64,000 nt of DNA from Lytechinus pictus. Lineage: Eukaryota. Shown here piece after piece: positions 20,977-33,600 of this stretch. The stretch is from contig NC_087251.1 of NCBI RefSeq assembly GCF_037042905.1, positions 38,814,001 through 38,878,000 on the forward strand. Reading direction: 5' to 3'. A program made the translations under genes and the position numbers. The notes under the pieces were generated by a model. It ran no database searches and was not told the DNA's origin. It saw nothing but the letters and a program-made list of their open reading frames with translations. Each line of letters begins with the position of its first letter. The stretch's first letter is position 1.

Positions 20977-23910
20977 TCATTACTACTTTAGTCTAGGCCT
21001 ACCCCGGTTTGGACCTTGGTCCTGGCCAGGGAATGGGGTGGCGCAGCCCTGCCCCTGGACTGGGTCTGGCTGGGGCTCCTTCCATTCATGCTTTATAGAT
21101 CAAAATCGAGACCTAATGCGGGACCTAATCTAGTTTAGCAATACAAGAGATCTAGGATAGATATCTAGCTCAGGCAATACGAGCAATCGCTTGTAATTAG
21201 TCTATTCTAGGGCCCAAGATTGAAACTGTCTTTACATCATTAGTAAGCTAACATTATAGATCTACTAGAACCACAAATGATACTCTAGATCTCTTCTATG
21301 TCTTATCTTAAACCTGACTTTTTAACTCTGACATTAAAATTCAAATAGAATCCAGTACATGTACATGTGTAGGTTCTAACTTAGACCTTTGGGAGATGGG
21401 GCCTCCGCTGCCTTCGCTTCGGTGGTGGAGCCCCCTGGGTTTATGAGAGAGCTATGGAATAGGGTAGTGTAGCTCTAATATATTATAATACTGTTTTCTA
21501 TTGCCAGGGGTAGAGGCCTAGATCTAGTCAAGATTTATCAGTTGGTAGATGTGCACTACAATAACATGTAAAGTATAAGACCCTAGAAGTGAGTGGGGGG
21601 TCCCTCTTTGTTAAAAAAAAAACCTGAAGTGGTTGGTGTGTAATAAAGGTGATAATATAATTCAGAAAATCCTGGGTCACCCTCTGTGCTAACGAAGACT
21701 GGAGACTACTGAACAGGAAGGGAAAGAAGGGGAATAAAAGAAGAAAAAAAACACACTGAATTAATTAAGTCAAACACTGTCTGATTAGACTGATGACTAT
21801 ATTGTATGTTAATATCTAATATAGATATTAACGTACCTCTTTGATGGATATTTTAGACTCTTCCAATTTTTAACAAAAACAATAAGTTGAACAGGCAGTC
21901 AACAAAAAATAGATTTATGTATCCTCTTTTGTGTTTTCTGATTTGAATGTATTCTCTGAGAGCTGGCCGCTGCCCTGTAGACAAGCTAACTGTTTGATAA
22001 GTTTAATACACTTCTGAGGATGTAGCACACATTTTAGTACTTTGATTTGTTTTACAGGTTAAATACCTTATCAAATGCCTTTTCTATGGAGAAAAAGCAT
22101 TTCCATTACCGGTAACTACAGGATTTGGTTTCTGATCTGTGGATAAAAATAACCATGATAATTGAAATTCTCTTGGTGACTGTTATGAAGAATTTTTCAT
22201 ACTGTATTCTATTTCTTTTACCTATTTACTGTAAAGAGGATTTTTAGATTAATTATTAAAGGGGTGTTGTTTTTAGAAAAAAAAATAGGCAATTTGAAGT
22301 AAAGAAATTCCCTATGTTTTGTATATAGAATTATAGGGCCTACAATTTTCTTTCCTATAAAACCTACATGTAAAACATCCCAGGGAGCGAAGACGGCTGA
22401 TTTGGGGGGGTTTCTGGGGCAATATTAAACAAAAATTATTTTGCTCAATTTTGCCCAATTTTGCCCAATTTTCCATGTCGCAGGTGGGGCGAGGGGGTCA
22501 AAAATTCAAACTCCCTGGATCATCTTGATTCTCGCTGTAATAATCGGTTAGGATGCTAAAACATCCCAGGGAGCAAAGACGGCTGATTTGGGGGGGTTTC
22601 GGGGGCAATATTAAACAAAAATTATTTTGCTCAATTTTGCCCAATTTTCCATGTCGCGGGTGGGGCGAGGGGGTCGAAAATTCAAACTCCCTGGATCATC
22701 TTGATTCTCGCTGTAATAATCGGTTAGGATGCTAAAACATCCCAGGGAGCAAAGACGGCTGATTTGGGGGGGTTTCGGGGGCAATATTAAACAAAAATTA
22801 TTTTGCTCAATTTTGCCCAATTTTGCCCAATTTTCCATGTCGCGGGTGGGGCGAGGGGGTCGAAAATTCAAACTCCCTGGATCATCTTGATTCTCGCTGT
22901 AATAATCGGTTAGGATGCTAAAACATCCCAGGGAGCAAAGACGGCTGATTTGGGGGGGTTTCGGGGGAAATATTGAACAAATATTATTTTGCTCAATTTT
23001 GGCCAATTTTCCATGTCGCGGGTGGGGCGAGGGGGTCGAAAATTAAAACTCCCTGGATCCTCTTGATTCTCGCTGTAATAATCGGTTAGGATGCTAAAAC
23101 ATCCCAGGGAGCGAAGACGGCTGATTTGGGGGGGTTTCGGGGGAAATATTGAACAAATATTATTTTGCTCAATTTTGGCCAATTTTGCCCAATTTTCCAT
23201 GTCGCGGGTGGGGCGAGGGGGTCGAAAATTCAAACTCCCTGGATCCTCTTGATTCTCGCTGTAATAATCGGTTAGGATGCTAAAACATCCCAAGGAGCGA
23301 AGACGGCTGATTTTGGGGGGTTTCGGGGGAAATATTGAACAAATATTATTTTGCTCAATTTTGGCCAATTTTGCCCAATTTTCCATGTCGCGGGTGGGGC
23401 GAGGGGGTCGAAAATTAAAACTCCCTGGATCCTCTTGATTCTCGCTGTAATAATCGGTTAGGATGCTAAAACATCCCAGGGAGCGAAGACGGCTGATTTG
23501 GGGGGGTTTCGGGGGAAATATTGAACAAATATTATTTTGCTCAATTTTGGCCAATTTTGCCCAATTTTCTATGTCGCGGGTGGGGCGAGGGGGTCAAAAA
23601 TTCAAACTCCCTGGATCCTCTTGATTCTCGCTGTAATAATCGGTTAGGATGCTAAAACATTCCAGGGAGTAATGACGGCTGATTTGGGGGGGTTCTGGGG
23701 GAAATATTGAACAAATATTATTTTAATCATTTTTGGCCAATTTTGCCCAATTTTCCATGTCGCGGGTGGGGCGAGGGGGTCGAAAATTAAAACTCCCTGG
23801 ATCCTCTTGATTCTCGCTGTAACAATCGGTTAAGATGCTAAAACATCCCAGGGAGCGAAGATGGCTGATTTGGGGGGGTTTCGGGGGAAAAATTGAACAA
23901 ATATTATTTA

Positions 23911-24360
23911 CACCCCAAAGACCCTATCCCTGATCACAGACGTGATGGCGTAGTATACAACATTCCTTGCCAGGGATGTGACGGGTCTTACATCGGAGAA
24001 ACAGCCCGACCGATAGTTGAACGCATTTCTGAACACAAGCGCGATGTTCGGTTACAGCGAACCAACACATCCGCGGTGGCAGAACATGCTTGGGAGAAGC
24101 AACACCATCCAGATTGGGAGGGTGTACAATGCATTGCCAAAGAGGGACATTGGTATACACGCAGGATTAAGGAGGCTATTAGTATACGTCTTTGTCCTAA
24201 CAACTTCAACAGAGACAGCGGGATCGACATCCCCGACTTCTGGATGCGAACCATCCGACAGCACAATACCCCCTTACCTGGCAGTGCACGCCGACCCGAT
24301 CGTTCCCGGCCCCGAACAAGGGACCGCTCAGCTAGTCAGCCCCCGCCCACGGGAAACTAG
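23911..24360 (+). pseudogene. C-terminal GIY-YIG endonuclease domain of the Penelope-like ORF (N-terminus and RT missing)
   Basis: HPKDP...GVVYNIPCQGCDGSYIGETAR...RISEH...SAVAEHAW...HHPDW...RRIKEAISI...NFNRDSG matches the Penelope/Poseidon GIY-YIG signature. The first 6 codons of the tracked ORF come from the satellite and junction. Confidence 0.9.
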
Positions 24361-24368
24361 CAAGCCCG

Positions 24369-24533
24369 CCAATTTTGTCTAATTTGCATATTGCCGACCC
24401 ACGGCGTATTTGCATATACCCCCGGCTTATTTGCATACACGGATTACCGGCCGTACCGCATCCGACGCAACGGATCAATGCCCACCTATTGTTCTCGCGT
24501 TCGTGCGTACGGTCCCGGAGATTAGTATAAATA
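24369..24533 (+). promoter_or_regulatory. Putative pLTR promoter: CCAAT, three octamer motifs and TATA box
   Basis: CCAAT at 24369; ATTTGCAT at 24382, 24408 and 24429; TATAAATA at 24526, ~30 nt upstream of the hammerhead. Confidence 0.6.
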
Positions 24534-24557
24534 GAATACGTCATCAGATAATTTTCG

Positions 24558-24598
24558 TCACTTGATAAAGAGTTGCAGCGGCACTCGAAAGCTCGTGA
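24558..24598 (+). ncRNA. Minimal type I hammerhead ribozyme (U3-A8 variant)
   Basis: TCAC (stem I) - TTGATAA (core) - A - GAGT tgcagcggc ACTC (stem II) - GAAA - GCTC (AGCT palindromic mini stem III, cleavage predicted after C24594) - GTGA (stem I). Confidence 0.75.
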
Positions 24599-24604
24599 AC
24601 TTGT

Positions 24605-24691
24605 AAGCTAGTGAACACTTTTTGCGAGAGTGATCACGATTTTCCTAGAAAGCCAGTGAACACTTTTTGCGAGAGTGATCACGAATTTCCT
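24605..24691 (+). repeat. 45-bp tandem duplication in the Penelope pLTR
   Basis: AAGCTAGTGAACACTTTTTGCGAGAGTGATCACGATTTTCCTAGA followed by AAGCCAGTGAACACTTTTTGCGAGAGTGATCACGAATTTCCT. Confidence 0.9.
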
Positions 24692-27600
24692 TGTTGACCA
24701 TAGTAGATTGCGAGACAAATGAATACCCTCTAGCGATTATTTCAATCCGCAATAATGAACCTATTTAGTAAATATTATTTTGCTCAATTTTGCCCAATTT
24801 TCCATGTCGCGGTGGGGCGAGGGGGTCGAAAATTCAAACTCCCTGGATCCTCTTGATTCTCGCTGTAATAATCGGTTAGGATGCTAAAACATCCCAGGGA
24901 GCTAAGACGGCTGATTTGGGGGGGTTTCGGGGGAAATATTGAACAAATATTATTTTGGTCAATTTTTGCCAATTTTGCCCAATTTTCCATGTCGCGGGTG
25001 GGGCAATGGGGTCGAAAATTCAAACTCTCTGGATCCTCTTGATTCTCGCTGTAATAATCGGTTAGGATGCTAAAACATCCTAAGGAGCGAAGACGGCTGA
25101 TTTGGGGGGGTTTCAGGGGAAATATTGAACAAATATTATTTTGCTCAATTTTTGCCAATTTTGCCCAATTTTCCATGTCGCGGGTGGGGCGAGGGGGTCG
25201 AAAATTCAAACTAGCTGGATCCTCTTGATTCTCGCTGTAATAATCGGTTAGGATGCTAAAACATTCCAGGGAGTGAAGACGGCTGATTTGGGGGGGTTCT
25301 GGGGGAAATATTGAAAAAATATTATTTTGCTCAATTTTGGCCAATTTTGCCCAATTTTCCATGTCGCGGGTGGGGCGAGGGGGTCGAAAATTAAAACTCC
25401 CTGGATCCTCTTGATTCTCGCTGTAATAATCGGTTAGGATGCTAAAACATCCCAGGGAGCAAAGGCGGCTGATTTGGGGGGGTTTCGGGGGAAATATTGA
25501 ACAAATATTATTTTGCTCAATTTTTGCCAATTTTGCCCAATTTTCCATGTCGCGGGTGGGGCGAGGGGGTCGAAAATTCAAACTAGCTGGATCCTCTTGA
25601 TTCTCGCTGTAATAATCGGTTAGGATGCTAAAACATTCCAGGGAGTGAAGACGGCTGATTTGGGGGGGTTCTGGGGGAAATATTGAACAAATATTATTTT
25701 GCTCAATTTTGGCCAATTTTGCCGAATTTTCCATGTCGCGGGTGGGGCGAGGGGGTCGAAAATTCAAACTCCCTGGATCCTCTTGATTCTCGCTGTAATA
25801 ATCGGTTAGGATGCTAAAACATCCCAGGGAGCAAAGACGGCTGATTTGGGGGGGTTTTGGGGGAAATATTGAACAAATATTATTTTGCTCAATTTTGGAC
25901 AATTTTGCCCAATTTTCCATGTCGCGGTGGGGCGAGGGGGTCGAAAATTCAAACTCCCTGGATCCTCTTGATTCTCGCTGTAATAATCGGTTAGGATGCT
26001 AAAACATCCAGGGGAGCAAAGACGGCTGATTTGGGGGGGTTTCGGGGGAAATATTGAACAAATATTATTTTGGTCAATTTTTCCAATTTTGCCCAATTTT
26101 CCATGTCGCGGTTGGGGCGAGGGGGTCGAAAATTCAAACTCCCTGGATCCTCTTGATTCTCGCTGTAATAATCGGTTAGGATGCTAAAACATTCCAGGGA
26201 GCGAAGACGGCTGATTTGGGGGGGTTCTGGGGGAAATATTGAACAAATATTATTTTGCTCAATTTTGGCCAATTTTGCCGAATTTTCCATGTCGCGGGTG
26301 GGGCAATGGGGTCGAAAATTCAAACTCCCTGGATCCTCTTGATTCTCGCTGTAATAATCAGTTAGGATGCTAAAACATTCCAGGGAGCGAAGACAGCTGA
26401 TTTGGGGGGGTTCTGGGGGAAATATTGAACAAATATTATTTTGCTGAATTTTGGCCAATTTTGCCGAATTTTCCATGTCGCGGGTGGGGCAATGGGGTCG
26501 AAAATTCAAACTCTCTGGATCCTCTTGATTCTCGCTGTAATAATCGGTTAGGATGCTAAAACATCCTAAGGAGCAAGACGGCTGATTTGGGGGGGTTTCA
26601 GGGGAAATATTGAACAAATATTATTTTGCTCAATTTTGGCCAATTTTCCATGTCGCGGGTGGGGCGAGGGGGTCGAAAATTAAAACTCCCAGGATCCTCT
26701 TGATTCTCGCTGTAATAATCGGTTAGGATTCTAAAACATCCCAGGGAGCAAAGACGGCTGATTTGGGGGGGTTTCGGGGGAAATATTGAACAAATATTAT
26801 TTTGCTCAATTTTGGCCAATTTTGCCCAATTTTCCATGTCGCGGGTGGGGCGAGGGGGTCGAAAATTCAAACTAGCTGGATCCTCTTGATTCTCGCTGTA
26901 ATAATCGGTTAGGATGCTAAAACATTCCAGGGAGTGAAGACGGCTGATTTGGGGGGGTTTTGGGGGAAATATTGAACAAATATTATTTTGCTAAATTTTG
27001 GCCAATTTTGCCCAATTTTCCATGTCGCGGGTGGGGCGAGGGGGTCGAAAATTCAAACTCCCTGGATCCTCTTGATTCTCGCTGTAATAATCGGTTAGGA
27101 TGCTAAAACATCCCAGGGAGCAAAGACGGCTGATTTGGGGGGGTTTTGGGGGAAATATTGAACAAATATTATTTTGCTCAATTTTTGCCAATTTTGCCCA
27201 ATTTTCCATGTCGCGGGTGGGGCAATGGGGTCGAAAATTCAAACTCCCTGGATCCTCTTGATTCTCGCTGTAATAATCGGTTAGGATGCTAAAACATCCT
27301 AAGGAGCGAAGACGGCTGATTTGGGGGGGTTTCAGGGGAAATATTGAACAAATATTATTTTGCTCAATTTTGGCCAATTTTGCCCAATTTTCCATATCGC
27401 GGGTGGGGCGAGGGGGTCGAAAATTAAAACTCCCTGGATCCTCTTGATTCTCGCTGTAATAATCGATTAGGATGCTAAAACATCCCAGGGAGCGAAGACG
27501 GCTGATTTGGGGGGGTTTCGAGGGAAATATTGAACAAATATTATTTTGCTCAATTTTGGCCAATTTTGCCCAATTTTCCATGTCGCGGGTGGGGCGAGGG

Positions 27601-30600
27601 GGTCGAAAATTCAAACTCCCTGGATCCTCTTGATTCTTGCTGTAATAATCGGTTAGGATGCTAAAACATCCCAGGGAGTGAAGACGGCTGATTTGGGGGG
27701 GTTTCGGGGGAAATATTGAACAAATATTATTTTGCTCAATTTTGGCCAATTTTGCCCAATTTTCCATGTCGCGGGTGGGGCGAGGGGGACGAAAATTCAA
27801 ACTCCCTGGATCCTCTTGATTCTCGCTGTAATAATCGGTTAGGATGCTAAAACATCCCAGGGAGCAAAGACGGCTGATTTGGGGGGGTTTCGGGGGAAAT
27901 ATTGAACAAATATTATTTTGCTCAATTTTGGCCAATTTTGTCAAATTTTCCATGTCGCGGGTGGGGCGAGGGGGTCGAAAATTCAAACTCCCTGGATCCT
28001 CTTGATTCTCGCTGTAATAATCGGTTAGGATGCTAAAACATCCCAGGGAGCAAACACGGCTGATTTGGGGGGGTTTCGGGGGAAATATTGAACAAATATT
28101 ATTTTGCTCAATTTTTGCCAATTTTGCCCAATTTTCCATGTCGCGGTTGGGGCGAGGGGGTCGAAAATTCAAAGTCCCTGGATCTTCTTGATTCTCGCTG
28201 TAATAATCGGTTAGGATGCTAAAACATTCCAGGGAGCAAAGACGGCTGATTTGGGGGGGTTTCGGGGAAATATTGAACAAATATTATTTTGCTCAATTTT
28301 AGCCAATTTTGCCCAATTTTCCATGTCGCGGTTGGGGCGAGGGGGTCGAAAATTCAAAGTCCCTGGATCTTCTTGATTCTCGCTGTAATAATCGGTTAGG
28401 ATGCTAAAACATTCCAGGGAGCGAAGACAGCTGATTTGGGGGGGTTTCGGGGGAAATATTGAACAAATATTATTTTGCTCAATTTTGGCCAATTTTGCCC
28501 AATTTTCCATGTCGCGGGTGGGGCAATGGGGTCGAAAATTCAAACTCCCTGGATCCTCTTGATTCTCGCTGTAATAATCGGTTAGGATGCTAAAACATCC
28601 TAAGGAGCGAAGACGGCTGATTTGGGGGGGTTTCAGGGGAAATATTGAACAAATATTATTTTGCTCAATTTTGGCCAATTTTGCCCAATTTTCCATGTCG
28701 CGGTTGGGGCGAGGGGGTCGAAAATTAAAACTCCCTGGATCCTCTTGATTCTCGCTGTAGTAATCGATTAGGATGCTAAAACATCCCAGGGAGCGAAGAC
28801 GGCTGATTTGGGGGGGTTTCGAGGGAAATATTGAACAAATATTATTTTGCTCAATTTTGGCCAATTTTGCCCAATTTTCCATGTCGCGGGTGGGGCGAGG
28901 GGGTCGAAAATTCAAACTCCCTGGATCCTCTTGATTCTCGCTGTAATAATCGGTTAGGATGCTAAAACATCCCAGGGAGTGAAGACGGCTGATTTGGGGG
29001 GGTTTCGGGGGAAATATTGAACAAATATTATTTTGCCCAATTTTGGCCAATTTTGCCCAATTTTCCATGTCGCGGGTGGGGCGAGGGGGACGAAAATTCA
29101 AACTCCCTGGATCCTCTTGATTCTCGCTGTAATAATCGGTTAGGATGCTTAAACATCCCAGGGAGCAAAGACGGCTGATTTGGGGGGGTTTCGGGGGAAA
29201 TATTGAACAAATATTATTTTGCTCAATTTTGGCCAATTTTGTCAAATTTTCCATGTCGCGGGTGGGGCGAGGGGGTCGAAAATTCAAACTCCCTGGATCC
29301 TCTTGATTCTCGCTGTAATAATCGGTTAGGATGCTAAAACATCCCAGGGAGCAAACACGGCTGATTTGGGGGGGTTTCGGGGGAAATATTGAACAAATAT
29401 TATTTTGCTCAATTTTTGCCAATTTTGCCCAATTTTCCATGTCGCGGTTGGGGCGAGGGGGTCGAAAATTCAAAGTCCCTGGATCTTCTTGATTCTCGCT
29501 GTAATAATCGGTTAGGATGCTAAAACATCCCAGGGAGCAAAGACGGCTGATTTGGGGGGGTTTCGGGGGAAATATTGAACAAATATTATTTTGCTCAATT
29601 TTGGCCAATTTTGCCCAATTTTCCATGTCGCGGGTGGGGCAATGGGGTCGAAAATTCAAAGTCCCTGGATCTTCTTGATTCTCGCTGTAATAATCGGTTA
29701 GGATGCTAAAACATTCCAGGGAGCGAAGACAGCTGATTTGGGGGGGTTTCGGGGGAAATATTGAACAAATATTATTTTGCTCAATTTTGGCCAATTTTGC
29801 CCAATTTTCCATGTCGCGGTTGGGGCGAGGGGGTCGAAAATTCAAACTCCCTGGATCCTCTTGATTCTTGCTGTAATAATCGGTTAGGATGCTAAAACAT
29901 CCCAGGGAGCGAAGACGGCTGATTTGGGGGGGTTTCGGGGGAAATATTGAACAAATATTATTTTGCTCAATTTTGGCCAATTTTGCCCAATTTTCCATGT
30001 CGCGGGTGGGGCGAGGGGGTCGAAAATTCAAACTCCCTGGATCCTCTTGATTCTCGCTGTAATAATCGGTTAGGATGCTAAAACATCCCAGGGAGCAAAG
30101 ACGGCTGATTTGGGGGGGTTTCGGGGGAAATATTGAACAAATATTATTTTGCTCAATTTTTGCCAATTTTGCCCAATTTTCCATGTCGCGGTTGGGGCGA
30201 GGGGGTCGAAAATTCAAAGTCCCTGGATCTTCTTGATTCTCGCTGTAATAATCGGTTAGGATGCTAAAAAATTCCAGGGAGCGAAGACAGCTGATTTGGG
30301 GGGGTTTCGGGGGAAATATTGAACAAATATTATTTTGCTCAATTTTGGCCAATTTTGCCGAATTTTCCATGTCGCGGGTGGGGCAATGGGGTCAAAAATT
30401 CAAACTCCCTGGATCCTCTTGATTCTCGCTGTAATAATCGGTTAGGATGCTAAAACATCCTAAGGAACGAAGACGGCTGATTTGGGGGGGTTTCAGGGGA
30501 AATATTGAACAAATATTATTTTGCTCAATTTTGCCCAATTTTGCCCAATTTTCCATGTCGCGGGTGGGGCGAGGGGGTCGAAAATTAAAACTCCCTGGAT

Positions 30601-33600
30601 CCTCTTGATTCTCGCTGTAATAATCGGTTAGGATGCTAAAACATCCCAGGGAGCGAAGACGGCTGATTTGGGGGGGTTTCGGGGAAAATATTGAACAAAT
30701 ATTATTTTGCTCAATTTTGGCCAATTTTGCCCAATTTTCCATGTCGTGGTGGGGCGAGGGGGGTCGAAAATTCAAACTCCCTGGATCCTCTTGATTCTCG
30801 CTGTAATAATCGGTTAGGATGCTAGAACATTCCAGGGAGTGAAGACGGCTGATTTGGGGGGGTTTCGGGGGAAATATTGAACAATTATTATTTTGCTCAA
30901 TTTTGGCCAATTTTGCCCAATTTTCCATGTCGCGGTTGGGGCGAGGGGGTCGAAAATTCGAAGTCCCTGGATCTTCTTGATTCTCGCTGTAATAATCGGT
31001 TAGGATGCTAAAACATCCCAGGGAGCGAAGACGGCTGATTTGGGGGGGTTTCGGGGGAAATATTGAACAAATATTATTTTGCTCAATTTTGGCCAATTTT
31101 GCCCAATTTTCCATGTCGCGGGTGGGGCGAGGGGGTCGAAAATTCAAACTCCCTGGATCCTCTTGATTCTCGCTGTAATAATCGGTTAGGATGCTAAAAC
31201 ATCCCAGGGAGCGAAGACGGCTGATTTGGGGGGGTTTCGGGGGAAATATTGAACAAATATTATTTTGCTCAATTTTGGCCAATTTTGCCCAATTTTCCAT
31301 GTCGCGGGTGGGGCGAGGGGGTCAAAAATTCAAACTCCCTGGATCTTCTTGATTCTCGCTGTAATAATCGGTTAGGATGCTAAAACATTCCAGGGAGCGA
31401 AGACAGCTGATTTGGGGGGGTTTCGGGGGAAATATTGAACAAATATTATTTTGCTCAATTTTGGCCAATTTTGCCGAATTTTCCATGTCGCGGGTGGGGC
31501 AATGGGGTCGAAAATTCAAACTCCCTGGATCCTCTTGATTCTCGCTGTAATAATCGGTTAGGATGCTAAAACATCCTAAGGAGCGAAGACGGCTGATTTG
31601 GGAGGGTTTCAGGGGAAATATTGAACAAATATTATTTTGCTCAAATTTGGCCAATTTTGCCCAATTTTCCATGTCGCGGGTGGGGCGAGGGGGTCGAAAA
31701 TTCAAACTCCCTGGATCCTCTTGATTCTCGCTGTAATAATCGGTTAGGATGCTAAAACATCCCAGGGAGCGAAGACGGCTGATTTGGGGGGGTTTCGGGG
31801 AAAATATTGAACAAATATTATTTTGCTCAATTTTGGCCAATTTTGCCCAATTTTCCATGTCGCGGTGGGGCGTGGGGGTCGAAAATTCAAACTCCCTGGA
31901 TCCTCTTGATTCTCGCTGTAACAATCGGTTAGGATGCTAAAACATCCCAGGGAGCAAAGACGGCTGATTTGGGGGGGTTTCGGGGGAAATATTGAACAAA
32001 TATTATTTTGGTCAATTTTTGCCAATTTTGCCCAATTTTCCATGTCGCGGTTGGGGCGAGGGGGTCGAAAATTCAAACTCCCTGGATCCTCTTGATTCTC
32101 GCTGTAATAATCGGTTAGGATGCTAAAGCATCCCAGGGAGCAAAGACTGCTGATTTGGGGGGGTTTCGGGGGAAATATTGAACAAATATTATTTTGGTCA
32201 ATTTTTCCAATTTTGCCCAATTTTCCATGTCGCGGTTGGGGCGAGGGGGTCGAAAATTCAAACTCCCTGGATCCTCTTGATTCTCGCTGTAATAATCGGT
32301 TAGGATGCTAAAACATTCCAGGGAGCGAAGAAGGCTGATTTGGGGGGGTTGTGGGGGAAATATTGAACAAATATTATTTTGCTCAATTTTGGCCAATTTT
32401 GCCGAATTTTCCATGTCGCGGGTGGGGCAATGGGGTCGAAAATTCAAACTCCCTGGATCCTCTTGATTCTCGCTGTTATAATCAGTTAGGATGCTAAAAC
32501 ATTCCAGGGAGCGAAGACAGCTGATTTGGGGGGGTTCTGGGGGAAATATTGAACAAATATTATTTTGCTCAATTTTGGCCAATTTTGCCGAATTTTCCAT
32601 GTCGCGGGTGGGGCAATGGGGTCGAAAAATTCAAACTCTCTGGATCCTCTTGATTCTCGCTGTAATAATCGGTTAGGATGCTAGAACATCCTAAGGAGCA
32701 AGACGGCTGATTTGGGGGGGTTTCAGGGGAAATATTGAACAAATATTATTTTGCTCAATTTTGGCCAATTTTGCCCAATTTTCCATGTCGCGGGTGGGGC
32801 GAGGGGGTCGAAAATTAAAACTCCCTGGATCCTCTTGATTCTCGCTGTAATAATCTGTTAGGATGCTAAAACATCCCAGGGAGCAAAGACGGCTGATTTG
32901 GGGGGGTTTCGGGGGAAATATTGAACAAATATTATTTTGCTCAATTTTGGCCAATTTTGCCCAATTTTCCATGTCGCGGTGGGGCGAGAGGGTCGAAAAT
33001 TCAAACTCCCTGGATCCTCTTGATTCTCGCTGTAATAATCGGTAAGGATGCTAAAACATCCCAGGGAGCAAAGACGGCTGATTTGGGGGGATTTCGGGGG
33101 AAATATTGAACAAATATTATTTTGCTCAATTTTGGCCAATTTTGCCCAATTTTCCATGTCGCGGTTGGGGCGAGGGGGTCGAAAATTCAAACTCCCTGGA
33201 TCCTCTTGATTCTTGCTGTAATAATCGGTTAGGATGCTAAAACATCCCAGGGAGCGAAGACGGCTGATTTGGGGGGGTTTCGGGGGAAATATTGAACAAA
33301 TATTATTTTGCTCAATTTTGGCCAATTTTGCCCAATTTTCCATGTCGCGGGTGGGGCGAGGGGGTCGAAAATTCAAACTCCCTGGATCCTCTTGATTCTC
33401 GCTGTAATAATCGGTTAGGATGCTAAAACATCCCAGGGAGCAAAGACGGCTGATTTGGGGGGGTTTCGGGGGAAATATTGAACAAATATTATTTTGCTCA
33501 ATTTTTGCCAATTTTGCCCAATTTTCCATGTCGCGGTTGGGGCGAGGGGGTCGAAAATTCAAAGTCCCTGGATCTTCTTGATTCTCGCTGTAATAATCGG

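Larger units (their letters stand above)
23910..24769 (+). mobile_element. 5'-truncated Penelope-like retroelement (endonuclease end plus pseudo-LTR) inserted in the satellite
   Basis: 11-bp TSD AAATATTATTT at 23899-23909 and 24770-24780, and the monomer resumes in register. Contains a GIY-YIG coding end and a hammerhead motif typical of Penelope pLTRs. Confidence 0.93.

Noticed and set aside
20074..20996. ORFs with repeated KMAAIL motifs (also 6281-6814)
   Set aside because: They are translations of the AAGATGGCCGCCAT subterminal repeats.
22959..22975. CENP-B box-like TTTCGGGGGAAATATTG in the monomer
   Set aside because: Matches only the TTCG....A half and lacks the required CGGG.
23893..23910. 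Satellite-GIY-YIG fusion protein start
   Set aside because: The start is a TTG in the satellite that is in frame by chance at the truncation junction.
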